64,000 nucleotides of DNA, taken from positions 326,244,001 through 326,308,000 of the forward strand of contig OZ024743.1 in NCBI GenBank assembly GCA_964016885.1, read 5' to 3'. The stretch's first letter is position 1. Each line of letters begins with the position of its first letter. This stretch comes from Eledone cirrhosa. Lineage: Eukaryota. This document shows positions 38,901-50,900 of this stretch, in pieces. Under the pieces are notes generated by a model. The model searched no databases and was not told the DNA's origin. It saw only the letters and a program-made list of their open reading frames with translations. The translations under genes and the position numbers were made by a program.

Positions 38901-41900
38901 CACCACCACACGGTTTAACACGATCACCTGACTCTTGGGTTCCTTTAGCAAAGTTAACTCTGATGCAAGTATTTGGAACAGGTTTCCAATCCCAAAGAAT
39001 CCCCCCCCCCCCCCCACACACTAAACAGTATTAAAAAAAATCTGTTTGGCAGCATATACTACTCTGTCATGATTATTAGGAAAGGAAAGGCAGTGAACTG
39101 GCAGGGTTTTTAGGGAGTTGAATATTTGAGCATATTTGTTCTGATTCTTTACATTCTCAATTCGAATTCTACCAAGGTCAACATTGACTTTCATCTTTTT
39201 GAAGCTGATAAATAAAATATACCAGTTCAATACTGAAGTTGATTTTTCCTCTTCATCTCTCTTTCCCTCTCTCTCCCCACTCTCTCATTCTCTGTATGAA
39301 ATCAGTTGTGTTCTGATCTGGAAAGGCCAATAGTATGTTTGTGTTGTATGTTTTGAGATAAGTGAAGTGAATCATTTGAGAGTTGAGTGACTTGACCAAG
39401 GACACAAGGCAATGTTGGTAGCAGGATTAGACCTGCTAACGTTTTGGTTGTTTGATAGTTTATTGATTTGGACAGAAATAGTTTTGAATTAATATGAATT
39501 AAAGTGAGCATGTTCCATTAGATGTGTAATGTTAGTGTGCATGAAGAGCAGGGCATGGATGAACTGAGAGAAAAACTGGATATAAGAGGAATCAGATGTA
39601 GTATACAAGAAAGAAAATTGTGCTGGAATGGACATGTGATACATATGGATGATGAATGCTGGGAGAAGTGCCTGGAGATGTCAGTGGAAGGAAGTTGCAG
39701 TAAAGGAAAGCCAATCAGACCTAGTCAGACATGATAAGAACTGATTTTAAAATGCTGAATCTCACAGAGAAGATGACAAATGGAGAGGATCTGTCCAGCT
39801 CATATAAACATGGAAAAGTGAATATTAGATGATGATAAATAACAAAGCAATTTTAAGAACTGATCAGTAAGGGCATCAATAAAATGGACTCTTTCCAATC
39901 CAAAGAAGGCTCTATCAAAGTAGTTGATAGCTTTTGTTACTTAGATGTCTTCATTAGCAGTAGAGAGAAATTCTCTGAAAACATAATAGCTAGAATAAGA
40001 ATGTGATGGAAAAAGTTGGAGTTTATTGACTCTACTAGCAATAAAAGGTTTCTCTCTTTGAGAAAAGGGTAGACTGATGTCTATATATGAAGTGCAATGT
40101 TGCATGATAATGAGATTTGGGTATTGAATGCAGTGAATGTGCAAAGGCTATTAAGAAATGGCATGAGTATGGTCCATTGGATGTGTAATGTTAGTGTGTA
40201 TCTGAACAATAAGGTACAGGTTAGTTGAGGAAAAAACTGGATATAAGAGAAATTAGATCTAGTGTGTAAGAAGGAAGATTGGGCTGGTATGGTTATGTAA
40301 TGCATATGAATGATGGTTGTTCAGTAAAAATGTGCAAGGAATTCTAAGTAGGAGGAAGATGTGGAAGAGATAGGCCGAGGAAGACATGCAGAAGTGATGA
40401 AAATTGATCCCAAAGAGGTGACAAAATATGCAGCAAGTGGTGAGAGAACTTGTCTAACCTATGCAAGCATGGTAAAATGGATATAAAAATGATGGTGGGG
40501 GCATTGGCATCATCATGAATTATGTTAATTTAGTATAATTAGAGATCACTCAGCTTGAAGAGTACACTTGTAAATTTGTCTCTAAATGGTAAATGCATGT
40601 ATATAAATATGTATGTAGTAGCCAACAGCATGATCCAGCTGAGAGGTTGCCCCCCCCCCCCCCCAATCATCGTGCAAAACTCCAGGCGTAAGATGCCTCA
40701 TGATTTCAGAGGACAGAATTGAGAAAGTGTTACTCCAGAGAATAGCAATGGAGATGTGTTGAAAGAGCCATTCCAACTTGCAAGTTTCATTCCTGTGTGT
40801 GGCCAAATCTGTCTCACAAGCAGCAAGTTTGGGGATCTAAATTGCTAGAAGTTACCACTGCTATAATAGTTATGTCAGTTCTTCCATTGATATATTTTTT
40901 CTTTTTGTGTTGTTTCAGGATCTGAAGAAACGTACATTTCAGAAATGTATTGGTGCTGGTTGTAAAAAAGATGCCCGGACAGGATCTGTTTATTGCAGTG
41001 ATGAGTGCATTGTAAGGCATGCTCAGGAATCATTGGCATTGCTGAAGAATGAACGACACTTTCAGCAAACGGGTCAGAAAGTGAGTTTTGTTTAAATATT
41101 ACTCTTCTCATATTTGAAATAGTGGTGTATCCTTTGTATATCTTCAATATCTTGCATTGGTCTTACCCTCCATCCTTCTTCTCCTCCACTCTGTTTTATC
41201 CTCTTAATGAGTTGGATTACCAGTGAAAACTTTGCAAAAGCCAAATCGAGTGATTTGTCATTCTTTTAATTCTCATCCTTCTACCGCGGTTATTTCCCTT
41301 ATAAAGAAGTGTTTCTACTCTAGTTGGTTTTCTTTGAATTATCTTCCTTCTTGTTTCCTTAATGGATATAGCCTTAGTTTTTTTTATAACCATTTTGACT
41401 ACCATATTTCTAATGACAGACACTGCCTATTATTTTCAAATTATTTTAGAAATAATCAAGAATTTGGAGGTATTTAGTAATGTATTTTACTTTCTCATTT
41501 TCATGGAAGGTTTTTATTTTTAGATAATTATAAATACTTTAAACAATGTTTTGTATTGTAGAACAAGGGACAGATTGGTATCAAAAGGGTTAAAACTTTT
41601 GACAGTTTTGTTTTATGTAGTTCAACAGATGTGGTTTGATGGGAGGTTTCCACTTTTCTTTTTTACTTAGACAAGTTTGTGTTACAGGATTTGGAATGGG
41701 ATATTTGTAATTTTTGGAAAAAATAAATTTGTAAATTATTTTTTTATTTTTTAATGTTTCGGTGCTCTAACTCTTAACAACCTATTATAATTGAGCAGAA
41801 AATATCTAAAAATGGTTAATTCAAATGTTTATAGTATCTTTATCACTAAACAAATTGTAAATTGTTGTGAAGATTTGCAGTGTATCTCTTAATAGTGATT

Positions 41901-44900
41901 TAGCAGATGATAATTAAATATGGGTTAGGTAATTCAGATGTTTATAGCATCGTTATTAGTTAACAGATTGTTGTGACAATTTTTAATATTAGAGAAACAA
42001 CTTCAGTTTTTAATGCAATGTAGTCATAAGGCTGTTTTGTACTTTTCATTCAATATTAGAGTGGACTTCACTTTTTAATGTAATGCATTCATAATATTGT
42101 TTTATACTTTTCAAGAATGTCTTCCTACTGTGGTTTCACATGGAACAAGACATTAAAAGCTAATTAAAAATTGTTTGGTTATTATTGATAGCTGTTTTCA
42201 AATTTGGTGAGGTATGCATTGGTAAACCTACTGGATTGCCATTTCATTTCACACATCCTATGGGACTTTTCTTCATGCAAAAATAAATTTGAAAAAAACC
42301 TACAATTATTTCACCTGTCTCTCTGTTACCTCCCCCTCCTCTCTATCGTTGTCTGATCACAATTTTGAATTACAGTGAAGTAAATTTAAGCACTTATAAA
42401 TATTTTAACCTTTAACATTCTGTAATGCTTTAGCAGAAAATGTCAATAGCATCTTTACTAAAGACAGATTGTTGTGAAAATTTTCAGTAAACTGAAGACT
42501 TCAATCTTTAATGCAGTGCAGTCCTAGTGCTTCTGATGCAGTTTCATCATCATCATCCTTAATTTTAAGTAAACTTTTTCATTCTGGCATTGTTTGATCA
42601 GGATATTTTGAGGCAATGTTTTACAACCAGATGTCCCTCCTGGCACCAATGCTTTTTGTCTCTTCTTATGTACCTATTCTAAACCTGATCCACATATGGT
42701 TTGTTAATCCAGATATTTATAGTATCATTGCTTTAATATTTAATAATATATCAGGACTTTAATATTTTATGTAATGCAGTCAGAGTGCTGTCTTGTATTT
42801 TTAAAGAATGTTTTACTAATGTAGTATCTTGTTGTGCCTGGCATTAAGAGATAAGCACTTACAAATAATCTTTGTCTTTGCAGCCAAGTGAAAAATTTAT
42901 AAATCCACAGCCACCACCACAAGCGTTGCCATCTGTTAAAAAAGAAAGCAACAGTAAAGTGGTCGTGTTGGAGAGGAAGAGTGGTCGTATTCTAACTGGA
43001 CCAACAGCTCCTACAGAATCTGTGCTCAGGGAGTGGCTCACTGAACACCCAACATTTGAAGTACTGCAACCATCGCAGGGTCTCCACAAGACACCTTCTT
43101 TTTATGGTAAATCTTTACTAATTTCTTATATTGAGTGTTTGCAGAGCATTTGGATGCAGCATGCAATTCGCTTCATAATCAATAGTTCCTGAGTTTGATC
43201 CCACAGCATAGCATCTTGGGTGTCATTTATCATAGCCTCAGGTTGACCCATGCTTTGAGCAGAAGGAAACTGCTTGGAAGCTTGTTGGATGAACTGTACC
43301 TGTAATTCACAGTCATACTGAATCTCCATGAGAATTACATTAAGGATACACGTGTTTGTGAAATGATCAGCTACTTGGTCCTTAATTTCACAAGCCGGCT
43401 GTTCCATTGATTGAACAACTGGAACACTCATCGTTGAAACGGATAGAGTTCCTTTCTATTCTTTATTTTACAATAAATAAAACAAAAATTTGCAGTTATA
43501 TTGAATTCAAAATCCCTAAAAGTGCATACAAGCGCAACTGGAGAAAGGGGAATAACTCTTCAAATTACATCATTAGGTCTATTGAAAACAAACCAGACGA
43601 CTCTAGTCTTTTACTGGTTTTAGTGAATTATATCAACGATATCAGTATTCTGTTTAGTATATATTTTTGTCAAATCCCAAAGGGAGACAGGTAGAGTTAA
43701 CATGGGTGAAAATGGACAAAATCAAGACGAAACAGAATCCCACATCGCATTTATATTTGGTGCACGGATTCAGCCATCCATGACTGATAACATGAGCGTA
43801 CCCACTCACATATTGCTGGGTTTCCACGTACCTTCTGTCTACTTAATTTAGCTCACAAGGCTTTGGTTGCCTCAAAGTTATGTTAGAAAGCACTTGAAAG
43901 CTTAGTGGGATTGAACTGAAGGCTAATTTGTCATAGAATATTTTATATACTCTTGGGTCTTGAATAATGCTTCCTCCTTTTGATTTTTCAAACCACCACC
44001 ACCACCGCTCATTAAATTTTGCTCATTTATCTCCAGCGAAATTTTATTTTAAGTGGTAGCATTCCTGCAACAATTTTTTTTAAACATTAAAAATCATTCA
44101 ACAGTTGATCGACAAGATCCCAGACTTCATTTGCTTAACGAAACAATGTTTCCATTGGTCTTTCCAATTGCTAATACCATCTCTCGGTCGCAAATCCAGA
44201 CAGGAGAAGCAACGTGAAATAAAGTGTCTTGCTCAAAAATCATCATACAGGACAAAAGAAGTGCATTACTTGAAATTCTATACATTATAAAATAATTAAG
44301 ATGGGTTGGGGTCTCTGTAAATTAAACAACTAATTCTGTTTTTTTTTTTTTTTAATCGATGGAGACAACCTAGAAAAATCTGTAAATTAAACAACTAATT
44401 CTGTTTTTTTTTTTTTAATCGATGGAGACAACCTAGAAAAATCTGTAAATTAAACAACTAATTCTGTTTTTTTTTTTTTAATCGATGGAGACAACCTAGA
44501 AAAATAACCGATTTTCAAAACCCCCGTTTATTCCAATACCCTCACTTATTCCAACCCCTCCCTATTATTTGGGACACGAGAGTAGTCTGTGGCCCAAATG
44601 CACCACTGATAATCTCCTTATAATATATAACCAGCAATTTCTCTGTCTGTCTGTCCGACAGTGGAAACACGTGCGCGCGTGGTTGCTATCTCTCTCTCTC
44701 CAGCTATCCCTCTCTTTTAGTCTGTCTATTTCTCTCACTCTCACTCTTTCTCTTTGTAACACACTAACATTCCTCCTCTCTATCGCTGTGACGAATGGGG
44801 AGATGGAGGAGGAGGAGAGAATCACTTCGTCACTTCACCTCTGCCTTTCTTTCTCTCCCCTCTCACTCCCTCATTACGTAGACATTAGGGAAGTGGATTG

Positions 44901-47900
44901 GCAGAATCTGTAGAGAGTCGGACACCATGCTTCATAGCATGGAGTTACGTCCCTTTACGGTCTGAGTTCAAATACCGCCGAGGTTAACTTTGCCTTTCAT
45001 CCTCACGGGGTCGATAAAATAAAGTACCAGTAATCTACTGGGTAATTGCTGGCTTTGTGCCAAAAGTAGAAACAATTATTAGAAACATTGCTTCATTTTT
45101 ACATATCTAAGCATTAGTAAAATAACTAATAATTTCAAAAGTAATTTTTCAATTCCAATTGTTATGAACAGCAAAACATTAATAATAATTTTGTTCTAAG
45201 AAATATATATACATTTCTGTGTGTGTAATCATCATCATCATCATCATCACCGTTTTACGTCCATTCTTCCATGCTAGCATGGGTTAGACAGGTTGTCCTG
45301 TTGTGGGGGAGTGTCCAGTCGGCTGACCTTGTCTTGCTCATACGGGAACTGATTTTGGCTTGATTTCTACAGCTGGATGCCCTTCTAACACCAACCTCAT
45401 TTACAGTGAGTGCTGGGTGCTTTTCTTCAATGGCACCTACACGACCACTTTACAGTATGGGCTGGGTGCTTTTTTGCCGTGGCACCTCCACGACCACTTT
45501 GCAGTGAGAGGGGGTGGCGCCATATTGTCTATATGCTTCAGCTTCGGCTTGTACCCATGGGAAGTCGGGTCGTCTGTATTACTGTGTGACGCCAGAGGTC
45601 ACAGTCCTGTGTCATCGCCTTTGAGAGGTGCAATTGGGTAAGGTCGGCTTTTATTACCTCATCCCAGGTCTTCTTCGGTCTCCCCACTCCACGGCTTCCA
45701 TCGACGTCTAGTGCTCTGCACCTTTTTATGCAGCTGTCATCCTTCATATGCATCACATGTCCAAACCAACGCAACCTCCTCTCTAACATTAATTTATCTT
45801 ATTTATATATACAGAAAGTGATAATAGAGTTAAAATATTTTAAAAAATACTTCTGTTTTAAAATGTTTATTATCATCATCATTATTAATGAAATATGCTT
45901 TTTTTTTTAATTAATTAATGAAGAATTTAGAATGATTTACTAAAATTATAAATTATTTCATTATTAAGATGCTATTTGCAACATAACTTAATGCAAGGCC
46001 TTTTTACTAAATTATGTTGGATGATTTTTAATTCAAATAGAAACCCTTAAAATTGGTAGTTTTGTTTCATGGAAACAGCAGTGGTTTTGGTCAGGTTGAT
46101 ATCAAAAGAGTTAACCACACAACAATAATAGACTGGACCAAGAAAACTATGTTTCCATTGCTGATACTACCTGGTGCTACAATAAAACACTCAACCCACT
46201 CTGTAAAGTGGTAGTGTTAGTGCCACGATAAAATGCATCCAGCCCTCTCTCTAAAATGATAGTGCTGGTGCCACAATAAAACACACTAGTCTATCCCATG
46301 AAGAGATAGTGCTGGTAACACAACAAAATGCACTCTGTCCACCCTGTAATGTGGTGGTGCTGGTGTCACAATAAATGCACTCAATTCACTTTGTAATGTG
46401 GTAGTGCTGGTACCACAATAAAACACACTCGGCCCAGCCTGTAATATGGTAGTGTTGGAGCCACAATAAAACACACTCGGTCCACCCTATAAAGTGGTAG
46501 TGCTGGTGTCATGATAAAATGCACTCAGTACATTCGATAAAGTGTTAGTGCTGGTGCCATGAAAGAATGAACCCAGTATGCTCTGTAAAGTGGTTTGCGT
46601 TAGGAAGGGCCTCCAGCTGTAGAAATGTAGAACATATGAGCAAGATGAGGTTACTTCAACTTGTCTGATCTCAGACTGTAACAACCCATCCAACTCATGA
46701 CAGTGTAGAAAGCAAACATAAAAACGATGATGATAATGATGATTGTGTGTGTATATATATATATATATAGGCATGTGTGTGTGTGTGCATGTGTGACTGA
46801 GCATGCATGTGTAATTTGAGATGTGGAAGCTACTTCTAACGGGTAGATCAACCATGTAGAGACACATTTAGTCGCAGACTGTGACAAGGCAGATATAAAA
46901 ATAATGATGATGATGATGATGATGATGAAAAGAAAGGAAAGAAGCATACCAGTGGAATTATCCATATCCAGATCTTCAGTCTCTTCTTTGTGGTCCTCTT
47001 TTTTAAAAGTCACCAGTCCATTCAGATCTGTGTTAGACTCCCAGTAATTTACAATTCCATTTGCAGCCACAGTGTAAAGATTCATAGAATATATATATAT
47101 ATATACACACACAGAAATATATATATATACACACAGAAATATATATACATTTCTGTGTGTGTAATATATATATATATATATATACATTTCTGTGTGTGTA
47201 ATATATATATATAACATGGGACGAGCTGATAAATTCCGACCTCACACGCTTACACCTCTCCAAGACAATGTCACTGGACCGAGACCTTTGGCGGTACTCA
47301 GTAATAGAGAAGACCCGCCTTACCTAAATACAAAGTAAAAACCTACTACAGTCAGTAGGCATCTCTATCAAAACACACCCCCGTCCCACCACCTCCACCC
47401 CACCCACACCGCCCCTTTCAATGTAAGTTATGTTGGTCCCACAACATCCAGGCCGAAACAAATGAGATCGTGTAGGTGTCACGACAAAAAACACACAGTC
47501 CACGCTGTAAATGTGGCCGTGTAGGCAACACGGTAAAAACCTCCCAGCCCCACACTGTAAATGTGGTTGGTGTTAGGAAGGGCATCCAGCTGTAGAAAAC
47601 CCGCCAGACAGTCCACGCTGTAATGTGGCCGTGTAGGCAACACGGTAAAAACCTCCCAGCCCCACACTGTAAATGTGGTTGGTGTTAGGAAGGGCATCCA
47701 ACTGTAGAAAACCCGCCAGACAGTCCTATGCGAGCAAGACAACCACTCTTGCCTCAAGTGGGAAAACCCCCGTCCAAACCCATGCAAGCGTGGAACACGG
47801 ACGCTAAACCTGATGATGATGATGATGATGATGATATATATATACACACACACAGAAATATATATACATTTCTGTGTGTGTAATATATATATATATATAC

Positions 47901-47925
47901 ACACACAGAAATATATGGGCATTTC

Positions 47926-47959
<34 letters not shown>

Positions 47960-50900
47960 CTTCCCTAAAACTCAAATGTAGGTGCTACAGAAATATTACC
48001 TTCCCCTTCCTTTCTCCACTTTGGTACTACCAAGAGAAACACTGTCGCTATAGAAACATTACCTTCCCCTCTCCACTGACTTTGGTCACTGAGGCCGAGG
48101 GAATCGCTGGTTGCTATAGAGACACCTTGCACAAGCCAGAAGTAACCAGTTCGAGGCGGTTCTGACTTGACACCATGCCAAGGACCATTTGAAGATATAT
48201 TTCCATCGTTATATCATAACGTTCATATTTCCGTCACTAATCTCTTTCACCTTTTTCGTTTTAACATATATTTATTTCAAAGATTTCACCATATAGATAA
48301 CATATATATTTATACATGCATAAAAGACACACTGAGAGACGGTGAACATGTGGTGCCGAAAACATTTCTCATCCAAATCTCAACAATATCAGTATATACA
48401 CTAGATTTGCTAGCAGAAAACTGCTCACCGGGTGGTTTTCTGCTAGTCTATATATATAAAACTGAGGATGTCTGTCTGTGTGTGTGTGTGTGAGTTTGAA
48501 TCCCTAAAACTCGAGAACCACCCAACCGACTGTTTTCAAACTTTACACATGTAATACTTATGTTTCAGGGAGTGTTCTGAGCCCAAAAAATTTCAAATTT
48601 TCAATGCCCTAGGAACCGCATTAGGCGATTTATCGATATCTATCTATAATTCATAGTCTTTCTCTTTTTAGATAGATACATACATATAACGTTGCGTCCT
48701 TATAATATCTGTCTGTATGTCTGGCTGTCTGCATTACGTCACTTCCCTGAGGATGTGTGTGTGAGTTTGAATCCCTAAAACTCGAGAAGTACCCAACCAA
48801 TTTTTTTCAAACTTTACATGTGTATTACTTATGTTTCAGGGAGTGTTATGCACATCAATCTTTTGATCTCCTAGGGCTCTCATTTGGTGAAAAACTACGT
48901 TTTTTAAGCTTTTTAGGTTTTTTTTGAGGCGTTACGCCAGACCGATTTCCTTGAAATTGTAACTATGTATTAGTCAGTCTCTACTTCATATCGTGAGCAA
49001 AGAAAATCCAACTTTTTTATGGCCTAGGGCTCGCATTAGGTGAAAACTTCATTTTTGCAGCTTTTTAGGGCATTTTGGAGGCGTTATGTCTAACCGATTT
49101 TCCCGAAATTTCAAGGCATATTATGTACATAAAAAAAATTTATTTTCTTGATCCTCTAGGACCCGTATTAGGTGAAAACCTACATTTTTCCTGCTTCATC
49201 GAGGAAAATCTTAAAGATTATCCAGCCATCAGAGTATTCGGTTTATTTCCTTTTCATATTGTCCAGGCATGCAGTTTTTCCACGATTAGGTCTGTTGGCG
49301 GCCCACGTTCCAAAATACCTTATCCCGTGCAACGCCGGATACCACTGCTAGTATTAACTAATTCTATACAAGAAAAAATTTAAGTATGTTCTCAATAAAT
49401 TAGTTTAGAGCTAGACTAAAAAAACCCTTGAGTGCGTGTGTGTATCTGTGTCTGATTAAACCATGTTCTTTGATGTAATACATTATCAAATCTGCGTAGG
49501 TAGAAACGCCATTTTATGTCCCAAATGCAAAGTATGGCTGCATAAAAGATGTAGTGGGATCACAGGTAAGCTAACTAAGAACATAGATTTTACATGTGGC
49601 CAGTGCTCTGGTGCAATAAGTAGCAGCAAGTGCCCACAAAATACTAGCTCTTTCAATTGCGCAGGGGGTTCTATAGAAATAGTGGACAGCTTCCGTTACC
49701 TGGGCGACAAAATCAGCAGTGGGGGAGGGTGCTCTGAAAGTACAGTAGCTAGAGTCAGAACTGGTTGGAAAAAGTTCAGAGAGCTTATACCACTATTAGC
49801 CGCTAAAGGGTTCTCCCTAAGAATGAAAGGCAGGTTGTATGATGCCTGCATACGAACAGCAATGTTGCATGGCAGTGAGACCTGGGTATTGTGTGCAGAG
49901 GATATACGCAGACTAGAGAGGAACGAAGCTTGCATGCTCCGCTGGATGTGTAATAGTAACATACGTGAACGGCAAAGCATAAGCAAACTAAGGAAAAAAT
50001 TAGAAATAAGAGGGATCAGATGTTTACTTGAGAGAAGGCTACATTGGTATGGTCACGTAATGCGCATGAAAGACGACAGCTGTATAACAAAGTGCAGGGC
50101 AATAAAGATAGACGGTAGCTACGGAGTAGGCAGACCCAGAAAAACCTGGGACGAGCTGATAAATTCTGACCTCACACACTTACACCTCTCCAAGACAATG
50201 TCACTGGACCGAGACCTTTGGCGGTACTCAGTAATAGAGAAGACCCGCCTTACCTATATACAAAGTAAAACCTACTACAGCCTGTAGGCATCTCTAACAA
50301 AATACACCCCCATCCACACCGCCCCTTCAATGTAAAGTTATGTTGATCCAGGCCGAAACAAATGAGATCGTGTAGGTGTCACGACAAAAAGAACACACAG
50401 TCCACGCTGTAATGTGGCCGTGTAGGCAACACGGTAAAAACCTCCCAGCCCCACACTGTAAATGTGGTTGGTGTTAGGAAGGGCATCCAGCTGTAGAAAA
50501 CCCGCCAGACAGTCCTATGCGAGCAAGATGATATAATCACCAGGCTATTTTTGATATTGACTGATGTATCATCCTCATCGTCACCATTTTTTTTTCACGT
50601 TTGTATGGATTATGAGACAAGTCTGGCCAGTTGGCCACACCATACCTTGCTCAAATGGAACTGCATTTTGGCTGGGGTTTTTACAGCTGGATGCCCCTCC
50701 TAACACCAGTTACATTTACATTGTGGAACTGGGAGGTCCCATTATAAAGAGTGTCTGGCCTGTTGGCTGTGCCATACCCTGCTTATAGCGGAACTGTATT
50801 TTGGGAGCTGAGTGGTCCCATTATGAGAGAGGTCTGGCCAGTTGGCTGCACTGTACCTTGCTCATAGCAGTATCATGTTTTAGCTGGGTTTTTATGGTTG

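Noticed and set aside
46651-47217. The full 188-aa minus-strand ORF as a gene
   Set aside because: It is mostly translated (TA)n, (CA)n and (CAT)n microsatellite; only 46950-47088 looks coding.
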